Shown: positions 28,805 to 38,817, numbered from the stretch's first letter. The stretch is 64,000 nt of DNA from Abditibacterium sp. (GCA_965199495.1 CBDASK010000003.1:2944001-3008000); one strand, 5' to 3'. The notes: generated by a model not told the origin, from the letters alone. Made by a program: numbers and translations.

Positions 28805-29776
28805 ATGAACCAAATCGCAACTTCGCCCGACAACGCGCGCTTCTGGGTTCGCCCCTACGAATTCGAGGGCGACGGCAGCCACGGCGCCGCCGAGAATGTC
28901 GCGTCGCTCGAAGTCGGCGGCAAAACGCGGACGTTCTGGCTCAAAACGTTGGAGAATCGTTTGTTCTTTCGTGAAGTCGGGCGCGACGAAAATTGGAATT
29001 TCGGCGCGATTGACGAATTAAGCGACGCGGAAAAATCGGCTTTACCGTCGGCGTTGGCGCGCGTTTTGGCGAGCGAGAATTATGGGCGCGTGGTTTTGCC
29101 CGACAGTCCGTCGAGTCCATTTTATTTATTGGCCGCGCTCGATGGTCGCATTCGATGCGATGTGCCGAAACATTCGTTGCACGCGTTTTTTGATCACAAA
29201 TATCCGCATACGATGTGGAACAATTCTTTTTTGGATTGGCGACCGGGCGCCTTCCAGAAGATCGGCACTTTTCATTCGATTCGCTATAATGCGCCCGAAT
29301 TTTCGGAAAAACTCGGTGATATTCCGGTGCCCGTGATTGCCGCGCATTGGTCTGTTGGCTCGCAAAAAGAGTGGGAGCATATGCTTCAAACTCTCTGTTT
29401 CTGCTTCTGGCCAGAGTTCAATAACATCGAAGATTTAGTCGCGATAGAGTGGTATTTACAAAGCGATTTTTCTATGAAAGATGGACTGTTTCTCTGCGGA
29501 CTTGAGTTCGCCACAGACATCCCATCGGAGACGCAACGCCCTTTATTGCATGCTCTCCAACGTCGGCTTCGCTATGTCAGAAAGCAGAACCTTTTTGCGG
29601 GCCAAAAGAGGAATCCTCGCCCCAATATGTTGCCGTTCATTGTGCCAGAAGAAATTTCAGGAACAATTCACGCACCGACGCACCACGAAATTCTCGAAGC
29701 GCACCTCTATCTGCGCGATTGGATTAACCAACGCTTGCCGCCCGAACGCGCGCGCGAATGGCTCGATTTTTCTTGA
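28805..29776 (+). CDS. Hypothetical protein
   Basis: 323 aa ORF filling the gap; no family recognised. Confidence 0.7.
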   Translation: MNQIATSPDNARFWVRPYEFEGDGSHGAAENVASLEVGGKTRTFWLKTLENRLFFREVGRDENWNFGAIDELSDAEKSALPSALARVLASENYGRVVLPDSPSSPFYLLAALDGRIRCDVPKHSLHAFFDHKYPHTMWNNSFLDWRPGAFQKIGTFHSIRYNAPEFSEKLGDIPVPVIAAHWSVGSQKEWEHMLQTLCFCFWPEFNNIEDLVAIEWYLQSDFSMKDGLFLCGLEFATDIPSETQRPLLHALQRRLRYVRKQNLFAGQKRNPRPNMLPFIVPEEISGTIHAPTHHEILEAHLYLRDWINQRLPPERAREWLDFS

Positions 29777-29786
29777 GTTTTTCATT

Positions 29787-30137
29787 TCAAAGATGACTGA
29801 GGATATTTACAATCGCTCCGTACGGATCGGCGACAAAGAAACGGCGCACGCCCCAAACTTCGTCGGTCAACGGATAAACGATTTCAATGTCGAGCGCGAT
29901 AGCCCGATTATACATCTCATCAACATCGGAAACCTCGACGCTGATGCCGGGATGCGGCGCGCCCGAATCGTCGGGCCGCACCACGCTAATTTGCGCCGCG
30001 ATAATATTGGTCGCCGCGAAAGTGATAATTTCATCTCTTTCCATTGCAACTTCTAAATTCAAGAAGTCCACATAAAAAGCGCGACTCGGTTCGAGTTCGC
30101 CCACCAAAATATTAGTAACGATGCGTTTGGTGTTCAT
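29787..30137 (-). CDS. VOC/glyoxalase family protein
   Basis: FY..FL.LE, SVEVSDVDE.Y, DE.WGVRRFFV.DP.G. Confidence 0.9.
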   Translation of the reverse strand: MNTKRIVTNILVGELEPSRAFYVDFLNLEVAMERDEIITFAATNIIAAQISVVRPDDSGAPHPGISVEVSDVDEMYNRAIALDIEIVYPLTDEVWGVRRFFVADPYGAIVNILSHL

Positions 30138-30145
30138 AGTAAAAT

Positions 30146-31378
30146 TTATTTATCCATCGGATCGAGATAAATCACTTTGCCAAACGGCGCGCTCATTTCG
30201 GGTGTAATCGAACACCACAGAAACGGCATCGTCGGCGCGACCTCGCCGAAACTGCCATACATATCAGTGAGATACAAACCGACTTTGGCGCCCGATTGGT
30301 TGATTTTTTCAATCGCCGGGCCAAACGCCGTGCCGCCGCCGCCCTTGAATTCGATGGCGCCGTCGCGCACTTTGTCGGCGAAACTTTTGCCGTCGTTTTT
30401 GACCATAATTTCGCCGGTCACTTCGGCATCGGCGACGACCAAGTAAATCTCGCAGCCCGCGCGCTTCTGCACGGCATCAATTTCAGCGCAGAATCTTCGC
30501 AAAATTCCATCATCAATCGAACCCGACGTATCCACAGCCACGGCGATGCGGCGAATACCTTTATCGGGCCGCGTGGCTGGCTCGAAAACTTCGCTGCCGG
30601 TGGCTAACATGCGGCGTCCGGGGCGGCTCCAATTCTCGGTCGAACGCGGCATCACGGCGTCCTGCAAAAACGCGCGCAAAATGCGTGGCCACGGCGTTTT
30701 GGTGACGGGGAAATCGGACGCCAATCGGCGCATCATGCCGCCGGGCCGGTCGCCCGCCTGCGCGCGAATCAATCTCGAAGCCCAAATGCGGCTGGCGACA
30801 TCTTCGCTCAAATCGCCGCTCGTCTCGCCCGCGCCGGGCACCAAATCGAAGCCTTCAATGCCGCGTTCGTTCATCCATTTTTCCAGCCACTGCTCCATAT
30901 CTTTGCCGTCTTTGGGCAAACCGATTTGTTCGAGCAATTGCAGGTAAAGCGCCTCAGTTGACCAACTCGCGGGCGGACGAGCCGCCAGCGTTTGTTCGTC
31001 CAGAATTTTGTCGAATTTGACGCCGTCACCGGGCGTTTGCAGCCAATCCATGCCGTCAAGGGAATAATTGATAATCGCGTCACAGGCGATGTTCCAGATG
31101 TGCGCGTGCGCGCTCGATTGGCGCGCATATTTCATCCCGCGCGGGCAATGGCGTAGCGCGACGTGCAGAATTTCGTGGCACAGAATAAAGGCGCGTTCGA
31201 GCGGCGCGTAATCCCAAAACTTGCCGCCAAAAACCACCTCGCGCCCGTTTGTGTAAGCGACGAACCCATCATCAGCCACGGCGCGGTAGGGCACCCACAA
31301 CGCGATGGCGGCAAAGCCGGGCGATTTGGTCACGCAAAAACGCGCGAGCGTTTGCAATTCGGTCTTGCGATTGGACAT
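30146..31378 (-). CDS. DUF2201-type putative metallopeptidase with C-terminal VWA domain
   Basis: AYTNG, HEILH, WNIACDAIIN, MIDAS DTSGSI, GGGGT.F, TD.YG; start trimmed to exclude REP element. Confidence 0.88.
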   Translation of the reverse strand: MSNRKTELQTLARFCVTKSPGFAAIALWVPYRAVADDGFVAYTNGREVVFGGKFWDYAPLERAFILCHEILHVALRHCPRGMKYARQSSAHAHIWNIACDAIINYSLDGMDWLQTPGDGVKFDKILDEQTLAARPPASWSTEALYLQLLEQIGLPKDGKDMEQWLEKWMNERGIEGFDLVPGAGETSGDLSEDVASRIWASRLIRAQAGDRPGGMMRRLASDFPVTKTPWPRILRAFLQDAVMPRSTENWSRPGRRMLATGSEVFEPATRPDKGIRRIAVAVDTSGSIDDGILRRFCAEIDAVQKRAGCEIYLVVADAEVTGEIMVKNDGKSFADKVRDGAIEFKGGGGTAFGPAIEKINQSGAKVGLYLTDMYGSFGEVAPTMPFLWCSITPEMSAPFGKVIYLDPMDK

Positions 31379-31402
31379 GATCAAACGATTACATTGTTCC
31401 CT

Positions 31403-31497
31403 GTAGAGACACCGACTTGTCGTGTCTAAAACGTCAATGAACCCGCTAAATCTATGGTAAATCTGACGTTTTAGACACGACAAGTCGGTGTCTCTAC
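31403..31497. repeat. GTAG-type REP doublet, family A subtype 2
   Basis: gtagagacaccgacttgtcgtgtctaaaacgtca ... tgacgttttagacacgacaagtcggtgtctctac. Confidence 0.93.
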
Positions 31498-31503
31498 AAG
31501 GCA

Positions 31504-32961
31504 TCATTTCAACGGATTGCGCGCTTCCGCCGCGCGCAATTTGGCGAACGCGGCTTGCTGTTCGGGCGTGCCGTCGGTCTGAACGCGCGCGCCCAATACC
31601 ACCGAATAACAGCCGCGCACGAACCGTTCGAGCATTGATTTGCGCACTTCGCCCATGCCCTGCGCGCGCGAATATTTATTGATGGCGTCGTTGATTTGGT
31701 TGACTTGCGCGGGGCGCGCCGCCAGCCACGTCGAGGCGCTGCGTTTGGCGGCGCGATATTTTTCGCTCGTTTTTTTCGCTTTCAAGCCGGGATAGCGCTG
31801 CACCAATTGCGAATTTAATTTGGCGATACGCGCATTGAGCGCTTTTTCCTGTGCGTCGCTCAAGCCGTCGTCATCGTCATTGTCGGGTTTGGCAAACGCC
31901 GTCAGCGCGTTTTTGACGCGCGTTTCGCCCGTCAGTTGGAGCGCGCTCGAAAGACTGTTCAGCATCGCTTTTTGCCACGGCTCTGCGCCGCTTAAAATCT
32001 GCGAATAGGGCGTGCTTTTCCAGTCTTCGCTTTGACCATAGAGCGCACGCAAATAGGTGTCGGAAGTCGAAACCGGCACGTCAATTGAAAGATCGTTGAT
32101 GTTGGCGTAAGCGAACGCTTCGCTGCCCGAAACCGTGCCGTTGCGGTCGTAATCGGCGCCGCTAATGGTGCGGCCATCGCGCGAAACTCCTGATAGCGCG
32201 GCAAAGAAATGCGTGGTGAAATCCTGATAATCGCGCTCGTTGACTTCGGACGTACAACCCGCCGCCATGCGCTGGCCCGTCGAAGAGAAAAAACCCGCGA
32301 TGTCGCGATTTAAGAGTGGTTTCGTCGGGTCGCCGTCCTGAAAAATTAGGTTGGCGAAACCGCCCGAATGGCACTGCACCGCCACCACAAAAAGCGGATT
32401 ATTCGCGGGCCAATTCGCGATAGCGCTGCCGACTTCGCGCTCGGAAATGTCGTCGTCGCCCCACAGCGCGTAAGTCGTGTTGTTGTAGTCGGGCCGATAT
32501 TGGCTGCCGCCCGGCGAGCCGTGACCGGTGAAATAGAGCAAACCGGTTTCGTTCGCTGCGGGCTGGGCGAACGCCTTTAAAACGTTGATAACCGCCGGTT
32601 TCGTCGAAGCGCCGTCAATGCGTTTGAGCGCCGAGGCTTGCGCGGTCACGCGGTCGCCGGGCAAATCTTCGTCTAAAACGACGGCCAACGCGCGCGCGGT
32701 TTGCGTGGCGGGCGTGCTGACGATTGCCGAAATCGTGCGCGAATTCGGTTTGCCATCGGCGAAATAGATGCGCCGCCAACTCGATTTTTCGGTCAGCTTT
32801 TCCAGATAGCGCGCGTTGCTTTCGATGGCGTACTGGTTATATTCCATGTCCGGGCCGCCGCTGATAATCAGCGTGCGTAACAGCGCTTTGGGCGTCGCGG
32901 TTTGCGCGTGCGCGGCGCCGCAAATCAGCAAACCGAGCGCGAAAATTGAAAGCGATTTCAT
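31504..32961 (-). CDS. Secreted clan CD (caspase/legumain-like) cysteine peptidase
   Basis: Signal peptide AHA; LLYFTGHG and VAVQCHSGGF dyad motifs; ADYDRNG.VS..EAF. Confidence 0.72.
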   Translation of the reverse strand: MKSLSIFALGLLICGAAHAQTATPKALLRTLIISGGPDMEYNQYAIESNARYLEKLTEKSSWRRIYFADGKPNSRTISAIVSTPATQTARALAVVLDEDLPGDRVTAQASALKRIDGASTKPAVINVLKAFAQPAANETGLLYFTGHGSPGGSQYRPDYNNTTYALWGDDDISEREVGSAIANWPANNPLFVVAVQCHSGGFANLIFQDGDPTKPLLNRDIAGFFSSTGQRMAAGCTSEVNERDYQDFTTHFFAALSGVSRDGRTISGADYDRNGTVSGSEAFAYANINDLSIDVPVSTSDTYLRALYGQSEDWKSTPYSQILSGAEPWQKAMLNSLSSALQLTGETRVKNALTAFAKPDNDDDDGLSDAQEKALNARIAKLNSQLVQRYPGLKAKKTSEKYRAAKRSASTWLAARPAQVNQINDAINKYSRAQGMGEVRKSMLERFVRGCYSVVLGARVQTDGTPEQQAAFAKLRAAEARNPLK

Positions 32962-32980
32962 AGTTTTTAAATGGACGTTT

Positions 32981-33138
32981 TTAGCCACAGAGTTCACGGA
33001 GAACGCACAGAGGGGCGCAGAGAAGAAAAAAGAACTTAAAATAGCGAAGAACTGATTTTTTGTAATTTTGCGTTTACAAACTATTTTCTTTTCCTCCCCT
33101 GCGCCCCTCTGTGCGTTCTCCGTGAACTCTGTGGCTAA
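32981..33138. repeat. Inverted-repeat element, family C
   Basis: ttagccacagagttcacggagaacgcacagaggggcgcag ... ctgcgcccctctgtgcgttctccgtgaactctgtggctaa; contains the P450 stop codon. Confidence 0.92.
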
Positions 33139-34487
33139 TTTTGCAAAACTCGCCGCGTCATCCACAAGCCACCGCGCGGGCGCAGGGCCAGCGACGGGTG
33201 CATTTCTAACTTTTCTGCGGGCGCGAGTTCCAGCCGAAAGCGCGACGCGATGACCGAAAGCGCGATTTGGCCTTCCATCAACGCGAAACTCTGGCCGATG
33301 CACAATCGTGGCCCGCCGCCAAACGGATAATAAGCAAACTTTGGACGCTTTTGAACGGCGTCGGGTGCGAATCTTTGCGGCTCAAATTTTTCTGGTTCGG
33401 GCCAAAATTCCGGGTGCCGTTGCGTCAAAAACGGCAACACCACCACATCGCCGCCCGATTTGATCGGGTAGCCGCCCACGCAATCGTCCTCTCTGGCGGT
33501 GCGCGCCAACGCCCAGATCGGCGGATACAAGCGTAGCGATTCCTCGAAAACCATGCGCGCATAGGGCAATCGCGCCAAATCGTCGAACGTCGGCAAACGC
33601 CCGTTCAGCGTCGCGGCTTCAAGTTCCAGTTGCGCGCGCGCGTCGGGATTGCGCGCCAAAAGCGAAAATCCCCACGCCAACGCGTCGGCGCTGGTTTCGT
33701 GGCCAGCGACCAAAAGCGTTATCACTTCGTCGGCCAATTGTCGGTCGCTCATCGGTTCGCCGGTTTCCTCGTCGCGCGCGTCAATGAGGAGTTGCAGCAA
33801 GTCGTCGCCCTCGCCGTGGCTGCTGTTGCGCCGCGTGCGGGCGATGCCGATAATCCAATCGTCTAATCGGGCTTTGACCGCTAAAAATCGGCGGTTGCGC
33901 CGCGTCGGAACGTTTTCCGGCAGCGACAACGGATTGAATCGGTGTTCGACGTGCAGCATCGCCGCGTTCATCAAATGATGAAACTCGACGGCGCGCGCGC
34001 CGTGCAAGTCGGCGCCAAACAGCGCGCGCCCAGCGATTTGCAGCGCCAACTGCATCATTTCAGCAGCCACGTCGAACGGCTCGTCGGTCGGATGACGCGC
34101 CCAACGCTCGCACATTTCGTTTACGGTCTGGCTCATGAGCGGCGCCAAATCGGCGATGCGTGCGCGATGAAACGCCGGTTGCGCCAATCGCCGTTGTTTC
34201 AGCCACAAATCGCCCTCAGCGGTGAACAAACCTTGGCCGGTGAAAACCGACAAACGTTTGTAGAAAAATCCTTTGGGATAGTTCGTCCAATTGCCTTGCA
34301 AAACGCGCTCGGCGGCATCGGGCGCTACGCACAGCGTCAGATAATGTTCGCCGTGCCAGTGAACTCGCACGATGTCGCCGTGCTGGCGCCAGAACCGTTG
34401 ATAAAACCCCAACGGATCGCGCGCGGCGGCGCGCAGGTGACGCAGCAGAAAATAGCGCGGCGGCCCGGGCGCGTGCAGATCGGTCAT
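33135..34487 (-). CDS. Cytochrome P450
   Basis: AGHET, EESLR (ExxR), PQRF, FGGGPRLCIG heme ligand. Confidence 0.96.
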   Translation of the reverse strand: MTDLHAPGPPRYFLLRHLRAAARDPLGFYQRFWRQHGDIVRVHWHGEHYLTLCVAPDAAERVLQGNWTNYPKGFFYKRLSVFTGQGLFTAEGDLWLKQRRLAQPAFHRARIADLAPLMSQTVNEMCERWARHPTDEPFDVAAEMMQLALQIAGRALFGADLHGARAVEFHHLMNAAMLHVEHRFNPLSLPENVPTRRNRRFLAVKARLDDWIIGIARTRRNSSHGEGDDLLQLLIDARDEETGEPMSDRQLADEVITLLVAGHETSADALAWGFSLLARNPDARAQLELEAATLNGRLPTFDDLARLPYARMVFEESLRLYPPIWALARTAREDDCVGGYPIKSGGDVVVLPFLTQRHPEFWPEPEKFEPQRFAPDAVQKRPKFAYYPFGGGPRLCIGQSFALMEGQIALSVIASRFRLELAPAEKLEMHPSLALRPRGGLWMTRRVLQN

Positions 34488-34502
34488 AGAGAAAGGATAA
34501 TG

Positions 34503-34692
34503 CGGATTTCGGATTTGGCGCGATTGTCATTTCGAGAGGCACGAACCGAGAAATCTTGCGACCCCGCGCCAGCGGAAATCATGCGCGATGCCTGAACGTA
34601 ATAAGCGCTTGAACTTGCGCTGCCGCGCGGGCGACAGATTTCTCGGTTCGTGCCTCACTCGAAATGACACACCGCGCCAAATCCGAAATCTG
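34503..34692. repeat. Inverted-repeat element, family F, with heptamer-type outer arms
   Basis: cggatttcggatttggcgcg..tgtcatttcgagaggcacgaaccgagaaatct ... agatttctcggttcgtgcctcactcgaaatgaca..cgcgccaaatccgaaatctg. Confidence 0.88.
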
Positions 34693-34747
34693 TAATCCGA
34701 AACATTTGGCAAAGGCAGTGTTAAAGTATGGGCAAATCTGATTTTCC

Positions 34748-35509
34748 ATGACTTCCGCTTCCCAATTAATTCGCCTGCTCGAAGACAACTCTCTGCCGAT
34801 TTTGACCGAGGCGATGGCCGATGTGCGTGCGCACGGCGCGCCCTCGCTGGCGCAGGTCTCCGACGGCGATTTGCAAATCGCGCTTTATACGGTTTTGCTG
34901 AAAATCGTGGATACGCTGCGCGAAAAGGCGAGTCTGCCCGTTGAGGATAAGGCCGACTCGCGCTCAGTTTTCGTCAACGCGGTGCGCGATATGATGGATA
35001 TCGTGGACGGGCAAAGCACCTATACTGCCGGTCATACGCGCGCGGTCGTGCGCCATGTGGTGCAAATGGGCGCGCTCGCCGGGCTGGAAGATGACGAAAT
35101 TAACGAGCTGGAAACGGCGGCCACGGTTCACAACATCGGCATGATTAATCAAAATCCCAAATTGGTTCTGCTGCCGCGTTCGCTGACCGAAAACGAGTTG
35201 AAACTGGCGCGCAATCACACCGTTGTGGGCGCCGAAATGCTGCGCCCCATTGAATTTATGGCTCATCTGGTGCCCGTTGTGCGCTATCATCACAATCGCT
35301 TCGACGGGCAGGGCAGCGCCAACTTCAAAGGCGAAGACTTGCCGCTTGGCGCGCGCCTAATTCATCTGGCCGACGCCTATCAGGCGATGCTGGAGCCACG
35401 CGCCTATCGTCCGGCCCTGACGCGCAAACAGGCGCTCATCGAAATAGACAAAGACTCTGGCGGCGAGTTCGATCCGCAATTGGTGCCGCTGGTGCGCGAA
35501 CTGGGTTGA
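34748..35509 (+). CDS. HD-GYP domain protein, degenerate motifs
   Basis: YTAGH, HNIG (for HDIG), H..VGAEML, YHH.RFDG.G, GEDLPLGAR, DAY.AM..R.YR. Confidence 0.85.
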   Translation: MTSASQLIRLLEDNSLPILTEAMADVRAHGAPSLAQVSDGDLQIALYTVLLKIVDTLREKASLPVEDKADSRSVFVNAVRDMMDIVDGQSTYTAGHTRAVVRHVVQMGALAGLEDDEINELETAATVHNIGMINQNPKLVLLPRSLTENELKLARNHTVVGAEMLRPIEFMAHLVPVVRYHHNRFDGQGSANFKGEDLPLGARLIHLADAYQAMLEPRAYRPALTRKQALIEIDKDSGGEFDPQLVPLVRELG

Positions 35510-35597
35510 AAGCGGCGCGGAAATGCCAAGCGGTTTAAACTGGCAACGCCGCTCAACGAACCGACGCGCGATTGGAACTGCGCCCGGCGCCCTGAAT

Positions 35598-36140
35598 ATG
35601 AATAAATCTTCCACCTCTGCGCAGCCTGCGGACGAAAACGCCGGAGACGCCGCGCTCGATATGCTGAGCGATTCCGCGCCTGCAACAGAGCCACCCGCCA
35701 AACCCGCCGAAACCAAACCCGTCGCCGTGGCTGCTCCCGCCGCCGATGCGCCGCCAGTCGTCACCCAATTGGAAGTGGCCTGTCAAGGTTTGCAGATGCC
35801 CTCGGAAACCGACGCGCCGTTTCGCACGGTTTACTGGCCCTTAGAAAAATCCGACATCAAACCGTCCGAAGTCGCGTTGTATCTCACCGAAAACGCCGAT
35901 GCGACCGTCAAAACGCAGAGCATCAGCGAGTTTTTCAAAAACGCCGTTACGGTCGAAGATTGGATGAGCGACGACGAAAAAGCCGACGCCAAAAAGATGA
36001 GCGAGTTAGTCGAAGCTTTGAGCGCCGATTTGGAAAACCCGCGCGTTTATCTCATCGGCGAACGCGAAATCACCGCCGCGATTATCGGCAAAGTCCAAGG
36101 CGGTTTCGCGGGCGTGGTCACAACGATTGTTGAGACTTAG
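35598..36140 (+). CDS. Nuclease A inhibitor (NuiA)-like protein
   Basis: GL.MPSETDAPF..VYW, EFF, L.NPRVY..G, C-terminal T.IVET; adjacent to NucA-like gene. Confidence 0.8.
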   Translation: MNKSSTSAQPADENAGDAALDMLSDSAPATEPPAKPAETKPVAVAAPAADAPPVVTQLEVACQGLQMPSETDAPFRTVYWPLEKSDIKPSEVALYLTENADATVKTQSISEFFKNAVTVEDWMSDDEKADAKKMSELVEALSADLENPRVYLIGEREITAAIIGKVQGGFAGVVTTIVET

Positions 36141-36149
36141 AAAATTCCA

Positions 36150-36192
36150 AAAACGAAAAAGGCGCACCGCGAAGGTGCGCCTTTTTCGTTTT
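36150..36192. terminator. Bidirectional intrinsic terminator
   Basis: aaaacgaaaaaggcgcacc-gcgaa-ggtgcgcctttttcgtttt. Confidence 0.9.
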
Positions 36193-36201
36193 CAAATATT
36201 C

Positions 36202-37095
36202 CTAATTCCCCTCGTCTTTTTTCGCCGCAAGCGCCTGTCGCACATCGCCCGGCAAAGCCGCGAAGAAATTCATTTTCATCGCGCCGCTTTTCGCGAGGGC
36301 GTCGCTTAATTTTTGCGTGGTGACGAGGTATTGTTTCCAATCGCTATCGGCCAACTTTTTCTCGGCGACGTTTGGCATCGCGACCGTAATCACGCGCGTT
36401 TGCGCATTGATACGCTTCAAATCGCTTTTGCCTTCAGGCAAAATCAGCGCGACTTTCCAGCATATCTTCGGGACGACGACTTTGCCGTTCGCGATGGTGC
36501 CCGCCTGACCCGAACCGCCCGCGACGACATAAATCTCGTTGCCCTGGCGCACAATTGTGCGCAACGCGTTCTCGAAATCGGCCCACACTTCGCGGTTCAA
36601 TTCGGCGGTTTGCGGCAGCATATTCGACATATAAAACGTGGCGTCATTGTCTTCGCGCGAATTGGTGCGGTCGCCCGATGGGCAGACGTGTCCACGATCA
36701 TAGCCCGAACCGCGGTAATCATTGGGCGTGATCTGCCAGTCTTTGGGCAAATCGGGGTCGGGACGGAAATTGCCACGATCCGTGCCACCCAAATCCTGTG
36801 CGTCAATGTGCCACGCCACCCAGTTAGAGCCACCGCGCGAACGGTTGAAACTCATGGTGTATTGCGGGCGCGCCAACAAAAAATTATCCGCGTCTTTGCC
36901 CGCCCCCGTCGGATTGCCCAACAACAAATTGCCGTCGTTGGAATCTTTCCCATTCGACGGATTGGACTGATTCGATTGTTTTGTCGGCTGAGTTGGCCTC
37001 TTCGTCGAAGGCGAGGGCACGGTGCCCTGCTTGCAACCGGCGAGGGCGCCGAAACACGCGATGACTGGAACAAGAAAAAGTGTGCGATAGCGCAT
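36202..37095 (-). CDS. DNA/RNA non-specific endonuclease (NucA-like) lipoprotein
   Basis: LAGC lipobox; LLLGNP, NWVAW, SGYDRGH, TFYMSNMLPQ...N...W..E. Confidence 0.93.
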   Translation of the reverse strand: MRYRTLFLVPVIACFGALAGCKQGTVPSPSTKRPTQPTKQSNQSNPSNGKDSNDGNLLLGNPTGAGKDADNFLLARPQYTMSFNRSRGGSNWVAWHIDAQDLGGTDRGNFRPDPDLPKDWQITPNDYRGSGYDRGHVCPSGDRTNSREDNDATFYMSNMLPQTAELNREVWADFENALRTIVRQGNEIYVVAGGSGQAGTIANGKVVVPKICWKVALILPEGKSDLKRINAQTRVITVAMPNVAEKKLADSDWKQYLVTTQKLSDALAKSGAMKMNFFAALPGDVRQALAAKKDEGN

Positions 37096-37117
37096 AATGT
37101 AAAAAGGGCTTGTTACC

Positions 37118-37212
37118 GTAGAGACGCCGATTTATCGCGTCTAAAACGTGAAAATTGCCTCGGCGTTGAACTATGCCCGACGTTTTTAGACGCGATAAAT
37201 CGGCGTCTCTAC
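37118..37212. repeat. GTAG-type REP doublet, family A subtype 1
   Basis: gtagagacgccgatttatcgcgtctaaaa ... ttttagacgcgataaatcggcgtctctac. Confidence 0.93.
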
Positions 37213-37233
37213 AGAGGGTTGGAAAACCAAAAA

Positions 37234-38727
37234 TCAGTTCGCCAACTTAATCGAAATCGCCGTGACCGAGGCGGGCGGGAACGCCAAAGTCAAACTGTCG
37301 CCTTCGGCTTTAACCTCAATGGTTTCGGGCTGTAATGTGTCGGGGTCTTCAAAAGTATTGCACGCGCTCAGCGCCGGGGCGCTCATCTGGCGCGCGGTCA
37401 CGCTTTCGATTGTCAGGGACGGCAAAGCAATCGTCGCCTCGACCGGACTGCGCGCGCCGGTATTGACGACCGTGAGCGTCACTACGCCATTATGAATCGA
37501 GGCGCTGCCGCTCAGGCGCGGCAAACCGCCCGCCTCGCCGCTTTCCCACTGCGACTGCAACAAACGCCCGCCGCGATGGCCGCGATACAAATCGAAAACG
37601 TGATACGTCGGCGTTTTGATGGTTTGGTCGCCGCGCGTTTGCAGCAGACTTTGCAACACGTTGACGGTTTGCGCCAGCGTGGCTGCGGCCAATTTCTCCG
37701 ATTTTTCGTGGAACAGATCGAGCGTCATCGCCGCCGAAATCGCGTCGCGCAGCGTGTTCGATTGGTAAAGCAACGGCACGTCGTCGGATTCGGGCGCGTG
37801 CCAGATGCCCCATTCGCCCAGAATGAGTTGCGCGTCGCGACCGATGGGCGAGGCGTCCAAAATCGCGCGTTGCTCGTCAATTAAGTCGCCGATTTTCAGA
37901 CTTTCCTGCAACAATCCGTAATACTCGTCGAGCGTGAACTCGGTCGCAGAACCGAAATTGTTGCCCGTATTCCAGGTATAAAAATGCGCGTCCCAGCCGT
38001 CCAGACGCGGGCGGCGCGCGCTTTCGAGTTCCGCCAAAAACTCGCGCGTCCAACGCGCGGCTGCGGGCTGTTTGTTGCCGTCGGGGCCGCAACCGATGAG
38101 AAGCGGTTGCTGATTTTGGTAGCGCGGAAAATTGCTCTCGAAACGGCGATATTCGCGCGCGTAATCGGCGGCGGAGAACTTGCCGCCGCAATCCCAATTC
38201 TCGTTACCGATGCCCCAGAACTTCACGTCGAACGGCTTGGCGTCACCGTTTTTGGCACGCGCGTCGGACAAAGTGGTGCCGCCGGGAAAATTGCAATACT
38301 CGACCCAGTGCGCCATCTCGCGCGGTGAACCTGAACCGACGTTGGCGGCCAGCCACGGCTCGGCGCCGATTTCGCGGCACAAATCCATGAACTCGTGCGT
38401 GCCAAAGGCGTTGGTCTCGATTTCGTCGGCGCCCCAGCGCGAAGTCACGCGCGTCGGACGAGCTTCGCGCGGGCCGACGCCATCGCGCCAGTTGTAGGCA
38501 TCGGCGAAGCAGCCACCGGGCCAGCGCAGAACCGGCGGCGCCAATTCGCGTAGCGCGTCTAAGACGCCCGCGCGCAGACCGCGCTCGTTGGCAATTTCGG
38601 ATTCGGGGCCGACCCACAGGCCATCATAAACTAAGCTGCCCAGGTGTTCGATAAAGTGACCGTGCAAAAAAGGCGAAATCGAAGGGCCGGGTTCGCGCGC
38701 CATAACCGTGATCGTTGCGGAAAGCAT
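37234..38727 (-). CDS. Alpha-L-arabinofuranosidase (GH51)
   Basis: GHFIEHLG, RWPGGCFAD.Y.W, FGTHEF, WGIGNE, EWG.W, AQTVNVLQ. Confidence 0.94.
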   Translation of the reverse strand: MLSATITVMAREPGPSISPFLHGHFIEHLGSLVYDGLWVGPESEIANERGLRAGVLDALRELAPPVLRWPGGCFADAYNWRDGVGPREARPTRVTSRWGADEIETNAFGTHEFMDLCREIGAEPWLAANVGSGSPREMAHWVEYCNFPGGTTLSDARAKNGDAKPFDVKFWGIGNENWDCGGKFSAADYAREYRRFESNFPRYQNQQPLLIGCGPDGNKQPAAARWTREFLAELESARRPRLDGWDAHFYTWNTGNNFGSATEFTLDEYYGLLQESLKIGDLIDEQRAILDASPIGRDAQLILGEWGIWHAPESDDVPLLYQSNTLRDAISAAMTLDLFHEKSEKLAAATLAQTVNVLQSLLQTRGDQTIKTPTYHVFDLYRGHRGGRLLQSQWESGEAGGLPRLSGSASIHNGVVTLTVVNTGARSPVEATIALPSLTIESVTARQMSAPALSACNTFEDPDTLQPETIEVKAEGDSLTLAFPPASVTAISIKLAN

Positions 38728-38817
38728 CGCGCCCCAGTATGGATGATTTTGGCGCATTATGTCGCGATGAAGCGGGCGAGCGTATTCTACAAATGTATGT
38801 TTTGATTATAAAAAACA

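Noticed and set aside
31379..33303. Long N-terminal extensions in the ORF track (also at 17161, 40387, 52596, 62783)
   Set aside because: They run through repeat elements or neighbouring genes; downstream starts match family N-termini or signal peptides
36313..37335. Long antisense ORFs (e.g. 36313-37335, 55675-56646, 61374-62273, 14188-15048)
   Set aside because: Shadow frames of well-supported genes, expected in GC-rich DNA
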